A stretch of 64,000 nucleotides of DNA from the NCBI RefSeq assembly GCF_006345805.1, contig NC_042999.1, forward strand, positions 168,268,001 to 168,332,000, given 5' to 3'. Positions 48,791 to 62,594 of the stretch are shown here, one piece after another. Below the pieces are notes generated by a model that saw only the letters and a program-made list of their open reading frames with translations, was not told the DNA's origin and did no database searches. The first letter of the stretch is position 1. Each line of letters opens with the position of its first letter. The position numbers and the translations under genes are program-made. This DNA is from Octopus sinensis. Taxonomy: Eukaryota.

Positions 48791-50712
48791 TCATCATCAT
48801 CATCATCATCATCATTTAGCGCCCGCTTTCCATGCTAGTATGGGTTGGACGGTTCAACTGGGGTCTGGGAAGCCAGAAGGCTGCACCAGACCCAATCTGA
48901 TTTGGCAATGTTTCTACGGCTGGATGCCCTTCCTAACGCCAACCACCCTGTGAGTGTAGTGGGTGCTTTTTACGTGCCACCAGCACAGGTGCCACACAAG
49001 GCTGGCAAACGGCTACGATCGGATGGTGCTTTTTTACATGCCACCGGCATGGAGGCCAGGCGAGGCTGGCAAGGGCCACAATCGGATGGTGCTTTTTATG
49101 TGCCACCGGCATGGTGGCCAGTTGGGGCGGCACTGGCAACAGCCACATTCGAATGGTTCACTTGCATGCCACTGGCACTGGTATCACAGCTACAATTTCC
49201 ATTCATGTTGATCAATTTTGATTTTGATTTTGATTCTGATTTCTCACCTGCCTCAACAGGTCTTTACAAGTAGAGTTTTGTGTCCCAAGAAGGAAAGGTA
49301 TGCATAAGTGGACTGGTTACATCCCAGGTAGAAGCCACGGGTTATGGTCTCACTTGTCCTGCCAGGTCTTCTCACGCACAGCATACTTCCAAAGGTCTCG
49401 GTCTCTAGTCATTTCCTCGGTGAGACCTAAAGTTCAAAGGTCGAGTGCTTCAACACCTTGTCCCAGGTTTTCCTGGGTCTACCTCTTCCACAGGTTCCCT
49501 CAACCGCTAGGGTGTGGAACTTTTTCACACAACTATCTTCATCCATCCTCACCACATGACCATACCAGCGCAGTCGTCTCTCTTGCACACCACAACTGAT
49601 GCTTCTTAGGTCCAAATTTTCTCTCAAGGTACTTACACTCTGTCGGGTATGACCACTGACATTACACATCCATCGGAGCATACTGGCTTCATTTCTTGCA
49701 AGCTTACGCATATCCTCAGCAGTCACGGCCCATGTTTCACTGCCATGTAGCATGGCTGTTCGTACACATGCATCATACAGTCTGCCTTTTACTCTGAGCG
49801 AGAGGCCTTTTGTCACCAGCAGGGGTAAGAGCTCTCTGAACTTTTCCCAGGCTATTCTTACTCTAGCAGTTACACTTTCAGCACACCCGCCCCTGTTACT
49901 GACTTGGTCACCTAGGTAACGGAAACTATCAATTATTTCTAGTTTTTCTCCCTGGAATGTGGCAGAAGTTGGTCTCTGCGCATTTTCTGTGTTTATTGCT
50001 CCTGCGCATCTGCCACATACAAAAACTATCTTCCTAGTTAGCCTTCCTTTGACATTGCTGCACCTCTTATGTGTCCATAGCTTACACTTGGTGCATCTTA
50101 TAGAGTTTCTACCTACACCTTTTCTACAGATCGAGCAGGGCCATCTACCTGAAGGCGTTTGTGATTTGTCTACCTTCCTACATATTAGGACTTTGGTTTT
50201 AACTAGGTTGACTCTAAGGCCCTTCGATTCTAATCCTTGCTTCCACACCTGAAACTTCTCCTCCAGTTCTGATAGTGACTCAGCAATTAGAGCAAGGTCA
50301 TCAGCATAGAGGAGCTCCCAGGGGCATCCTGCCTTGAATTCCTCCGTTATTGATTGGAGGACTATGATAAACAGGAGAGGGCTGAGGACTGAACCTTGGT
50401 GGACCCCTACCTCTACCCGGAATTCTTCACTGTACTCGTTGCCAACCCTCACCTTACTAGCAGCGTCCCTGTACATGGCTCGCACAGCTCTCACTAACCA
50501 TTCATCTATCCCTAGTTTCCTCATTGACCACCAGATAAGGGATCGGGGGACCTTGTCAAAGCCTTTTTCCATGTCAACAAAAGCCAGGTACTGGGGCTTA
50601 TCTTTGGCTAGGTATTTCTCCTGCAGCTGTCTCACCAGGAATATGGCATCAGTGGCGCTTTTCCCTGGCTTGAACCCAAACTGCATCTCATCTAAACTAA
50701 CTCTCTCTCTAA
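48791..50712 (-). mobile_element. RTE LINE, 5'-truncated, long open RT-PHD ORF
   Basis: ORF 49427-50809: QFGF, FVDMEKGFD, GVHQGSVLSPLLF, YADD, C4HC3 finger, FRYLG. Confidence 0.95.
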
Positions 50713-51799
50713 TATATATATATGATGATGATGATATATATATACACACACATACATACACAAGTATACAACAGGCTTCTTTCAGTTTCTGCCTACCAAA
50801 TCTACCCACAAGACTTTGATCAACTTGAGGCTATAGTAGAAGGTGCCACACAGTGGAACCATGTGGTTGGGAAGCAATCTTATCATCACACAGCCGCACC
50901 ATCTTGTTTACCAGATGTTTGAAATAGTTTATTTATACATAGTAGTAATCAAGTCACATTGTCACTGCTAATTAAATGACATCAGCCTTTACCACTCTCT
51001 CATGAAGATAACGGTAACATAAAATTATATAACAAAACAGGTAACAAGCAGCAAGACAAAAAGAGACAGCAGTTTATTCTCTGTTCATGAAAGTAATTTG
51101 AGAGACAGCGGCATACAGCCAATCTATACTGTGTTTGCTTTAGATGTTATACCATGCTGTTTGGTTGTTATTTCAGAAGTATGGCGAGATTATTTTATTT
51201 ATTAGCTGTCTATATCACATTTTCTGTATTATTTAGAAACATAACATTATTATGGATGACCAAGGCTGTCAACCATCCAAAAGGTATTTGGTGGCACGGA
51301 GGCGTCTACTTGTCACGCATGATGGCAATGCAAGTAGAACTCAGTAACCCAACTGTGCATGCACCAGCAAATAGAGCCTGACAAATAACTGTGTGGGGGG
51401 AAGAGAGAAATCATGTGTACATGTGTTCACACATGTGTGTGTGTGTGTGTGCATGTGTCTGTGTGTGTGTGTACACATGCACACGTAGTGCTTATGATAG
51501 CATTGTCAGCCTGAACATGCTGGGCAATTTTTAGTACCAGTGATGAAAACTGTAGCTCAAGTTCATCAAATCCAGTTCTGCCACCTTAAAAAAAAGGATA
51601 CAGTGCCTAATGTAGTACAATGTATGTCAGTGTATGTGTATACATTTGCATTCTTCCAACCAGCACAAAGAGTATTTTGCTCCTATTTCTAGCAAGCATG
51701 TGTCTTGGCACCCTTAGTGATGACTGAATTTTTCTTTCAAGGAAACAGCGCCTAGCTGTTTATATTCATTTTTTATACCCACACACATTTGTGTGTGTA

Positions 51800-52022
<223 letters not shown>

Positions 52023-52343
52023 TGGAGGCGCAATGGCCCAGTGGTTAGGACAGCGGACTCGCGGTCGTAGGATCGTGGTTTCGATTCCCAGACCGGGCGT
52101 TGTGAGTGTTTATTGAGCGAAAACACCTAAAAGCTCCACGAAGCTCCGGCAGGGGGTGGTGATCCCTGCTGTACTCTTTCACCACTCTTTCTCCCACTCT
52201 TTCTTCTATTGGCCTGCTCACTTAGCCAGCGGGGTGGCGTCATTCAAAGGCTAAAACAATGCAAACACATTCTGACCAGCGATGTGTAGCAACATCTGAT
52301 GGTCTGGTCGGTCACGTGATCACGTGATATATACACACACATA

Positions 52344-53398
52344 CAGGGTGTAACAGGTAAATTGGGTATATTTCTAATTGTATATTTCTATTGTTTAATA
52401 AAGAATTAAACAATAGAAATGTATTACCAAATTATCCCATGCCAGCAGCGAAAGTGCTCGAGAGATTGCTTGAGCCACAAAGTATACCAAATCTACTGTT
52501 TTTAGAGTTGTAGCCTATTTGAAGAAAAGTTAGGATGTTCAGGGAAAGCCTCATAGTCCTTGCAGTGACTGAAAACACACACACCTCAGTTCTTAGCAGG
52601 ACTTAAAAGATCGATTGAGTCGAACCCATCAAAATCAAAGGTGATGTTGGCCCAAGGTCGAAGAATCAGTAAAATGACTGTTTCTGGGGCTGTGAGACAC
52701 GACCTCCACATGAAATTGTACATGAGGAGGTACCATAACATCCTAACTACTGACTCCAAAGCCATTCAAGCTGTCGAGGATGAAAAGTAGTTGATGATAG
52801 ACGAAGTTGAAAACTGTCAAAAATCACGAGTGATAGCATACTACCTTTCCCGCTGTGCATAGCAAGAATCTGGTTTCCATTATGGTCTTTAGAGCTGTTG
52901 CAAGTGATGGGAAATTAACGTCTCCTTATTTTATTGAAGCGGGTCTTAAAATCAACGCAGCAGAGTATCTCAAAATCTTAGAAGTTTTGTTGCACGATGA
53001 TGCAAGTCAAGTCATGTTTGTACAGAACTCTGCACCTGCCCAATCTTCAAAAAGAGCGCAAGAAATTTTGAAGAAGGAATTGCCCATGTTTGTCCTTAAA
53101 GATATCTGGCCCTCTAGCTCACAAGGTTTGAATCTGTGTGATTTTTTGCTATGGGGTGCAGTTGAAGCAATATCCAAAGTAACTTTTCACAACTGTGTGT
53201 CTTGATGATTTCTATCAAGCAAGCATTTAGTACAATGAAGAAGAAAGAGATAGTTAAGGCATGCACATCATTTTGTAAACAGATTGAACTGGCAAAGAAT
53301 GCAAATGGCAGTGTCACATTGAACTGAAATAAGTGGTAAACACTCCACAATAAATTGGCATAAACATAAAACTTGCAATGTTGACCTATTACATCCTG
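52344..53398 (+). mobile_element. maT (DD37D)-like Tc1/mariner element, decayed
   Basis: TA-CAGGGTGTAACAGGT ... ACCTATTACATCCTG ends; MVFRAVASDGK..GLKINAAEY..FVQNSAPAQ..WPSSSQGLNLCDFLLWG. Confidence 0.75.
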
Positions 53399-53408
53399 TG
53401 TGATGATG

Positions 53409-53444
<36 letters not shown>

Positions 53445-53448
<4 letters not shown>

Positions 53449-55020
53449 ATAAAAATGGTAAGACAACAAAAGAATGAAAGAGACCTCGATATTATGTAAA
53501 TAAAGGAATTTATCTGTAAATGTAATATGTGACAATTATTCGGTAGCCAGCCATTAAGAATAAGAATAAAGAGAGATTTACACAATTCGATATTGTTGTT
53601 TTTTATGCCTCTATCTCTAGATAAAACCCTCACCTTCACAAGCGATTTCATAGAAATCAGTACACAGGATAAGGACATAATTTTCCATGCTAGAAAGACT
53701 TTACTTTTCAGCAAGAACGCAGAGTTGGTCAAGACTACCGATACAGAGGATGCTTTCAATGTGAGCATGGGGTTATATGATGCAGCAGGCATACACGATC
53801 TTATTGGATTATTTCTACTCGATACATTGGGCAAGACCTTTCCTGACATATACTTCGCCATCTACAAAGATGATGCCCTCACCTTAACCGCAAATACCAA
53901 TGGACCAGCACAAGATCGGTCATTATCCATTTGATGAAAACCCTTGGACTTAGTATAACTACAGACACCAACCTGGTGGTTGTCAATTTCCTAGACGTAT
54001 CCTTAGATCTAAATAAGAACATTTATAAGCCTTATAGGAAGCCCAATGATAGACTTAGTTATATTAATGTAGGTTCCTGCCATTCCCCTATAGTATTAAA
54101 AAATTTAATTAAAAACATTAGCAAGAGAATTTCTAGCCTCTCCTCCGATAAGGACATTTTTAATAGCGTTGCCCCACTATATAATAAGGCTCTAAAAGAT
54201 AGAGGTTTTAGCAAGGAAATAACCTATACACCTGCCACCAGCCCAACAATAAAGAAGAGGAGACATAGGAATACGAAAACCATTTGGTTCACACACCCCT
54301 ACTCATCTGAGGTGACTTTAAATATAGGCAAGTATTTCTTAGCACTGATAAACAGACATTTTATAGTCAACCATACTTACAGAAAGCTCTTCAATAGACA
54401 CAACTTAAAAATCAGTTTCAGCTTAACTACCAATTCTAAAAATATAATCACACACAACACACAGAAACCACAATACGAAACCAGCTGTTCGTGCAGGGAT
54501 AAAAGTTTGTGCCCACTAAATGGAGCTTGCATGTCTGAGACCATAATTTATGAAGCCACTGTGGACTCTATATCCACTAAAGACACGGTTTCGATGAAGA
54601 TATACGTGGGCCTTGCAGAGAGTAATTTCAAGGCCAGGTTTCAATAATCACACCTTGAGCTTTAGGCACTGGGATAAAAAGAAAACGATCAAATTATCCA
54701 GTTATATATGATCATTAAAAGATAAAGGTGTCAGTTACAACATCCATTGGAAGATCTTAGCTAAGTGTAAGCCCTACACCAATGGCAGTGGAAAGTGCAG
54801 TCTATGTGATATGGAAAGATGGCTCATCTGGAAAAGCAGCTTAGACACCGCTACATGTCTGAATTCAAGAACTGAATTTTCGGATCATGCACATATGTGG
54901 CCAAATATTTGATACATTTTTGGTCCCCCCGAGATTACAGATTGAACTTGCTTTCTATATTGTGTCCACATACAAGCTTTTTATCTCTTTATACCTTTTA
55001 CTTATATTTCTTATATATCT
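53445..55020 (+). mobile_element. Penelope-like element (RT plus GIY-YIG endonuclease), decayed
   Basis: SMGLYD, YKDD, NFLDVSLDL, YRKPND, CSCRDKSLCPLNGAC, IIYEATV..IYVGLAESNFKARF, CSLC. Confidence 0.85.
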
Positions 55021-57020
55021 TTATTTATACTTTTTATACAGAGGTTGCTAAGGGACAACCTGCTGAGAGCCACTGACCAGATCTGTGGTTGGTGCAAAGT
55101 CCCCTCAAGACCCAAAATAACGTGGTGGTGGAACAATATTGTTGACAGGGCTATTAGACAAAAGAAACAGGCTTGGAAGGACTGGAAGAACGGTGGTAGC
55201 AGGGAGGTATATCAGACTGCCAGAAGGGAAGCTAGGAGGCAGGTGTATTTAACCAGAGGGGAAGCAGATAAGAAAAAATTTGCCAATGTTCTGAGCCGTG
55301 AGGATGAAAGACTTCAGGTATTTCATGTTGCAAGACAGTGTGTGAGAAAGAGTCGTGATGTGGTAGGAGAGAAATGTGTTCGCATGAATGATGGTTCACT
55401 TGCGCTAAATGAGGATGCAAAGAGACAGGTTTGGAGACGCCACTATGAAAGGTTGCTAAATAAAGAAAATGAATGGGATAAAGAGAGTCTGCCGAATGTC
55501 GACCCAACAGAGGGACCAGCTATCCGAGTTGATAGTTCCTTGGTAGTTAAGGCAATTAGAAGCATGAAGACAGGGAAAGCCCCAGGCCCATCAGGAATTA
55601 CTGCAGAGATGCTCAAAATATCTGGTAGTGTCGGCTATAGCCTAGTCACCCATATAGTTAACCAGGTGATACAAGAAGGAGTCATTCACAATGACTGGTG
55701 TAGCAGCATACTAGTCAACTGCTACAAAGGTAAAAGTGACGCTTTAGATACAAATAATTACTGAGGTATCAAGCTGTTGGATCAGGTAATGACGGTTATG
55801 GAGAGGGTCATAGCCCAACTAATTAGAGAGAGAGTTAGCTTAGATGAGATGCAGTTTGGGTTCATGCCAGGGAAAAGCGCCACTGATGCCATATTCCTGG
55901 TGAGACAGCTGCAGGAGAAATACCTAGCCAAAGATAAGCCCCTGTACCTGGCTTTTGTTGACATGGAAAAAGGCTTTGACAAGGTCCCCCGATCCCTTAT
56001 CTGGTGGTCAATGAGGAAACTAGGGATAGATGAATGGTTAGTGAGAGCTGTGCGAGCCATGTACAGGGACGCTGCTAGTAAGGTGAGGGTTAGCAACGAG
56101 TACAGTGAAGAATTCCGGGTAGAGGTAGGGGTCCACCAAGGTTCAGTCCTCAGCCCCCTCCTGTTTATCATAGTCCTCCAATCAATAACGGAGGAATTCA
56201 AGGCAGGATGCCCCTGGGAGCTCCTCTATGCTGATGACCTTGCTCTAATTGCTGAGTCACTATCAGAACTGGAGGAGAAGTTTCAGGTGTGGAAGCAAGG
56301 ATTAGAATCGAAGGGCCTTAGAGTCAACCTAGTTAAAACCAAAGTCCTAATAAGTAGGAAGGTAGACAAATCACAAACGCCTTCAGGTAGATGGCCCTGC
56401 TCGATCTGTAAAAAATGCATAGGTAGAAACTCTATAAGGTGCACCAAGTGTAAGCTATGGACACATAAGAGGTACAGTAATGTCAAAAGAAAGCTAACTA
56501 GGAAGATAGCTTTTGTATGTGGCAGATGCTTAGGAGCGATAAACACTGAAAATGCTCAGAGACCAACTTCCACCACATTCCAGGGAGAAAAACTTGAAAT
56601 AGTTGATAGCTTCCATTACCTAGGTGACCAAGTCAGTAGCGGAGGCGGGTGTGCTGAAAGTGTAACTGCTAGAGTAAGAATAGCCTGGGCAAAGTTCAGA
56701 GAGCTCTTACCTCTGCTGGTGAGAAAAGGCCTCTCGCTCAGAGTAAAAGGCAGACTGTATGATGCATGTGTACGAACAGCTATGCTACATGGTAGTGAAA
56801 CATGGGCCATGACTGCTGAGGATATGCATAAGCTCGCAAGAAATGAAGCCAGTATGCTCCAATTGATGTGTAATGTCAGTGTTCATGCTCGACAGAGTGT
56901 AAGTACCTTGAGAGAAAAGCTGGACCAAAGAAGCATCAGTTGTGGTGTGCAAGAGAGACGTTTGCGCTGGTATGGTCATGTGATAAGAATGGATGAAGAT
57001 AGTTGTGTGAAAAAGTGCCT
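55020..57020 (+). mobile_element. RTE LINE, truncated at both ends
   Basis: ORFs 55045-55764 and 55777-57045, separated by one in-frame stop. Confidence 0.95.
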
Positions 57021-57270
57021 GACCTTCGAAACGTGGAGTAGATGAAATTAAGGTGACTGAAGAAGAGGAATTTTCCTTGTTTGTATGTCCTGTACACTAT
57101 TTATTCTTTGTTTAAAAAATGTCCATTTCCTCGGTTTTGTGTTTATGTTTTCGTTTCTCATTGTGTTCGACGTTTTTTGGTGTCCTGTACCCATATATGC
57201 ATGTATAGGTACGTACATATATGTATGTATATATGCATATGTTTTATTTATTTATTTATATATATATATA
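57021..57270 (+). repeat. Partial diverged copy of the ribozyme-bearing repeat at 35810-36850
   Basis: ACCTTCGAAAC...CTGAAGAAGAGGAA, followed by a T-rich tract aligning with 36080-36250. Confidence 0.7.
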
Positions 57271-57287
57271 TCCACTCACATATATAT

Positions 57288-57960
57288 TGTTACGGAGGTA
57301 AAATTAACAGGAGAACATTGTGCCCTAGTTCCGTTGGTTGGAGTTGAACCGGCGCTCCAGTTGTTCAGGATGACAGGAAAAAAAAAATCCTTTGTCCTGT
57401 CAATGGCAACGGTAAAAAATAATGAGGAGGTAATCTCTGATCCCAACGGTCAGGGAAAGTAGGAAAAAAAAAATTCCACCCTTTAAATGCGACGGGCACT
57501 GGTGGGTCAGACAGCGAGAGGCCGGAAAAGAGTTGAGTTGGCAAGAGGTGGCCAGTCGATGTGGACAGCCAGCCAGGAGATGATAGCGGCGAAGCGAGGA
57601 AGACAGGCAGTGAATGTGAGAATTGATGAGTCGGAGGAAGTAAAGAAGATGACAGTGAAGGGACAGAGAGAGACACGTGAAGAAGCTGGACTGATATAGT
57701 GGGGTTTTGTTTTGAGTGTTGTGGAGAGAAACATGCGGTAATGTTTATTTATGTTTTGATTTGTGTTTTGGACTTTGATGTTGAATGTAAAGAAAGGGGT
57801 CTCTGGGACGTAATCTGTTGGAAAGAAAAGGAATCTTTGAAAAAGAACATTGAGTTGGAAGGAGGAGAAAAGGAATGAGAAAGAGACTGTAAACTGCGAA
57901 AAGAAAGAGAAAGACTATTTGTTTCGATTGTTTTCTAAATTCTGTATTTGTTTTGATTGT
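57288..57960 (+). mobile_element. Possible LTR (solo or truncated)
   Basis: Begins TGTTAC with an abrupt GC rise; TTTAAA at about 57482 followed by TCAGAC; no 3' CA end identified. Confidence 0.35.
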
Positions 57961-58507
57961 TGTCATCATCATCATCGTTTAACGTCCGTTCTCCATGCTA
58001 CCATGGGTTGGACGGTTCGACCGGGGATCTGGGAAGCCAGAAGGCTGCACCAGGCTCCAGTCTGATCTGGCAGTGTTTCTACAGCTGGATGCCCTTCCTA
58101 ACGCCAACCACTCCGTGAGTGTAGTGGGTGCTTTTTACTTGCCAGGCGAGGCTGGCAACGGCCACGGTCAGATTGGTGTATTTTATGTGCCAACTACATG
58201 GAAGCCAGTCGATGCGACACTGGCATCGGCCACGATTCGGATAGCGCTTTTTACATACCACCAGTCCAGGGGTCCTGGCAACTGCCGGGTGCCAGTCATA
58301 GGATTGGTTTAATTTCGATTTCACCAACAGGTCTTCGCAAGCAGAGAAGTGGGGTTGGCATGGGTGCCTGTCGTTGGATGAGGTTCGATTTCGACTTCGC
58401 TTGCCTCAACAGGTCTTTGTGTGTCCAAGGGAGGAGAGACATGCATAAGTGGGCTGGACTCACTTGTCCTGCCTGGTCTTCTCACGCACAGCATATTTCC
58501 AAAGGTC

Positions 58508-60700
58508 AGTACATAAGCAGTGGTGAAGCTTTTTGGCGGATATTCGGGTTTCCACTTCACCAAAGGCACCCCACCATCATACAACTAGCAGTTCATTTGG
58601 AAAATGGCCAGCGAACTTACTTTACTGAACAGACTGCAGCTGAATTGGCGGCAAATCCAAAACAAACAAATTTGACCGGTTTCTTTAGGCTTTGCCAACT
58701 TGACACATTTGCTAAAACACTTTTATACCCTCAGGTCCCGTCCTACTACGTGTGGTCAAACAACAATTGGGTGCGTAGGAAGTCGGGTCAGGATGTTGAA
58801 GGACATCCTGGTGTCAAGTTTAACAGTTTTCTAGGAAGAGTCTACACTGTACCTCCAAACCAACATGAGTGTTTTCACCTGCACCTTCTCCTCCATGAGG
58901 TTTTAGGCCCACAAAGTTTTCAAGACATCAGAACTGTTGATGGTGTATTATGTGATACTTTCCGCGAAGCCTGTTTTCGGCGTCGACTTTTGGAGGATGA
59001 TTCACAATGGGGCGCCACTATGGCAGAGGGTGTTTCATTAAAATCTCCTAAAAAAATCAGATCGCTTTTCGCTATTCTACTACTATGGTGTGACTTGGCT
59101 GATCCCGCCTCTTTATGGCTTACCTACAAAGATTATATGTCTGAAGATTTCCTTCGTCACGCTCAATCGCTACATCCATCAATGGAGGTCGGGTACACTG
59201 ACCTCATTTACAACAGTCTATAAGTCTATCGATACAACTCCTTGACCCAGAGGACGTCATCAACTATCCAATAGAGGTACTCAATTCCTTTGAGCCCCCC
59301 GGACTACCACCACACATTCTCAAACTTAAAGTTGGTGCCCCTATAATGCTCATTAGAAATTTGGTTCCCCCAAAACAATGTAATGGCACACGTTTGATCG
59401 TTAAGTCCTTATCTCCCAATCTGATTGAGGCCACCATTATCACAGGGTGCGGTCGAGGCAACGTTGTGCTCATACCTAGGATGCATCTTTTCCCATCAGG
59501 AGCAGACCTACCTTTCATATTTCGGAGGTCCCAGTTCCCAGTAAGGCCATGTTTCGCAATGTCAATTAACAAAGCGCAGGGTCAAACACTGTCTGTGGCG
59601 GGAATACATTTGGGAGAGCCATGTTTCTCTCATGGTCAGCTTTATGTTGGCTGCACGTGTGTCGGCAGCAACACTGATGCTTTCGCATTTGTTCCACAAC
59701 GAAAAACAAAAAACATTGTGTACAAGGAGGTTTTATAGGATTACTACGTTTCATCATTTTCGAACACGTTAGTATTTCACTTACATACGACTTTCTTTTA
59801 TGATGGCATTTACATTTTTAGGCGTTTCATGACATTAATTCACACTTAACCAACACCTGTCCTTCGCTCACCTCTATTTCTATCCATTCATCATCAAACC
59901 ACCAGCCTCATCTTCTATATCCAATGTACATGACACATCTACCCCCTACATCTCCACTCTCACTGTTAAAGTTTACATAAGCGACAACACGATCGCAACA
60001 TACACTTTGGAAACTAAGCAACAGATCATTTTATACAACAACAAATTTAATCAAAACGCCCATCAATGAAAACATCACCACTGTGTTGGGATTCAGCTAT
60101 TCAGCACCACTACAGTCTTGCCGGTCTGACATATAGTGAGTAGATGCTATTGTTCTATATTTTATAAATTACCCATATTTACTTACCCATGCTTCATTCC
60201 CCTCTTGCCTACATAGGGCATCCATTCTCTTTTAACACAGCATGAAGTTTTGTAACAGCACATCCGCTGCCGTTCGTGGAAAACGAAGAGACCCTATTCA
60301 CTTGCGAACGTTTTACACCGCCTTCCACAACTATCAAATTCTTACAATTATTTTTGTGGGTGGGGTGTCGTCAATCGGGTGGCCGGGTGGGTCTGTAATT
60401 TTTGTAGTTTGCATAGATTTTGTGCATACAGTTTGGGGAGTGTTCCGAGATCTTGTTGAGGAGAGGGCCTTTGGCAAATAAGATCTCCAAGCTCTCAGAA
60501 ATGCAAAGGTCACAGCAAGTATGGCCTCCCGTGTAAGAACTCGCTCTCTGGAGTAGTCTCCACTTGATCTTGAAGGGGATGGAGTTATAAAATTTATAAA
60601 ATTTTGTGTATAGTAACATAGTAACATAGTTTTCTCCAAAAACTATGTTACTATACACAAAATTTTATAACATTTTTCTAACATAACGACTTAAATATAT
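58508..60700 (+). mobile_element. Helitron Rep/Hel fragment (internally deleted) and 3' region
   Basis: YISSGEAFWRIFGFPLH..QLAVHLENGQ, GRVYTVPP, GPQSFQDIRTVDG; PIF1 C-terminus MLIRNL..CNGTRL, QFPVRPCFAMSINKAQGQTL, FSHGQLYV. Confidence 0.9.
60371..60590 (-). mobile_element. Penelope-like endonuclease C-terminal fragment nested in the Helitron
   Basis: IKWRLLQRASSYTGGHTCCDLCISES..LLNKISEHSPNCMH. Confidence 0.65.
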
Positions 60701-60747
60701 TCTTCAACCTTATAAAACAAGCCTTCTGTAGTTTTTTCACTCTTTTC

Positions 60748-60785
<38 letters not shown>

Positions 60786-62413
60786 GAAGGATTTGGAAGC
60801 TAAAGAACCCTTCACATGGTCAGAGATTTAGGGACATCCTCATCAAGAAATTTGATGAGAGGGAGGAGGAGCTACAGACGTCGAACATAGAAGGTAGCTG
60901 GAAATTCCTTCGGGACAGCTTGCTGAGTGCCACAGACCAAGTCTGTGGATGGTGCAAAGTCCCTTCCAGACCTAGAGTTACGTGGTGGTAGAATAGTACA
61001 GTAGACAAAGCCATTAGAGCAAAGAAACAGGCCTGGAAATCCTGGAGGGATGGGGGTAGCAGGGAACTGTACCAGGTAGCCAAAAGGGAGGCTGGGCAGC
61101 AGGTATACATAGCCAAAGATGAAGCAGAAAAGAAGAAGTTTGCCAATGTCCAGCGATGTGAGGACCAAAGAGCTGAGGTATTTCGGATTGCCAGACAGTG
61201 TGTGAGAGAAAATAGTGATGTTACAGGAGAGAAATGTGTCCGCATGGATGATGGTGCACTTGCTTTTAGTTATTCTGAAAAGAAAAAGGCTTGGAGAAGC
61301 CATTATGAAAGACTGCTGAATGTGGAGAATGAATGGGAGGAGGAGAGCCTGCCAAATGTTGACCCAGTAGAGGGACCAGCTATCCGAATAGAGAGCTCCC
61401 TAGTAGTTAAGGCAATTAAGGGTATGAAACCAGGAAAAGCCCCCAGGAATCACAGGAATCACTGCTGAGATGCTTAAAACATCTGGTGGTGTGGGCTATG
61501 GCCTAGTCACCCACATTGTAAACCAGGTAGTTCATGATGGAGTCATACCCAATGACTGGCGTAGCAGCACCATAGTCAACTGCTACAAGGGTAGAGGTGA
61601 TGCTTTAGATAGAAATAACTACAGGGGTATTAAACTGTTGGATCAGGTGATGAAGGTCACAGAGAGGGTCATAGCCCATCTCATTAGGGAGAGATTTTGC
61701 TTAGATGAGATGCAGTTCGGTTTTGTGCTGGGTAGAAGCACCACTGTGCCATATTCCTGGTTCAACAACTGCAGGAGAAATACCTAGCTAAAGATAAACA
61801 ACCTCTACATAGCTTTTGTGGACTTGGAGAAAGCCTTTGACAGGGTCCCCCGATCCCTTATCTGGTGATCGATGCGGAAACTGGAGATTGACAAATGGCT
61901 AATAAGGGCTATACAGGCTCTATACAGAGAGGCTGTCAGCAAGGTTAGGATTGGCAATGAGTATAGTGAAGAATTCCGGGTAGAAGTAGGTGTCCACCAA
62001 GGTTCAGCCCTCAGTCCCCTTTTATTCATCATAGTCTTCCAGGCAATAACAGAGGAATTCCAAACAGGTTGCCCCTGGGAGCTCCTCTATGCTGATGACC
62101 TGGCCCTCATAGCAGAATCACTACCGGAACTAGAAAAGAAATTTTGGGTGTGGAAGCAAGGTTTAGAATCAAAGGGCCTTAGAGTAAATGTAGCAAAGGC
62201 CAAAGTTATAGTAAGCAGAAAGGCGAACTCATCACACACCCCCTAGGGTGTGTGATTGGCATTAGTGGTTGGCGTTAGGAAGGGCATCCAGCTGTAGAAA
62301 CACTGCCAGATCAGACTGGAGCCTGGTGCAGCCTCCATGGCTTCCAGACCCTGGTTGAACCGTCCAACCCGTGCTAGCATGGAAAATGGACGTTAAACGA
62401 TGATGATGATGAT
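60786..62413 (+). mobile_element. RTE LINE with an internal deletion joining RT to the 3' tail
   Basis: ORFs 61202-62246; jumps to tail sequence at about 62250-62265; (GAT)n end. Confidence 0.9.
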
Positions 62414-62565
62414 ATTATATATATCAAACACACAGATACAATAAGTACTAGGCTTACAAAAAATAAATCCCAGGGTCCATTTCTTTGACTAAAGGCGGTG
62501 CTCCAGCATGGCTACAGTCACATGACTGAAACAAGTAAAACAATAAATATCTATGCTATTTTAGT

Positions 62566-62592
62566 CCCAAGCAAGCCGGGTATGTCTGCTAA
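62566..62592 (+). mobile_element. Probable Helitron 3' terminus
   Basis: CCC-aagcaagcc-GGG hairpin followed by TATGTCTGCTAA-T (CTRR end). Confidence 0.5.
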
Positions 62593-62594
62593 TT

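Noticed and set aside
50900-51760. Repeat-poor stretch as a possible regulatory element or exon
   Set aside because: No convincing ORF, splice pair or structure; needs cross-species alignment.
58198-59223. 341-aa ORF as a novel fusion protein
   Set aside because: The first part is an antisense RTE UTR read through into a Helitron fragment.
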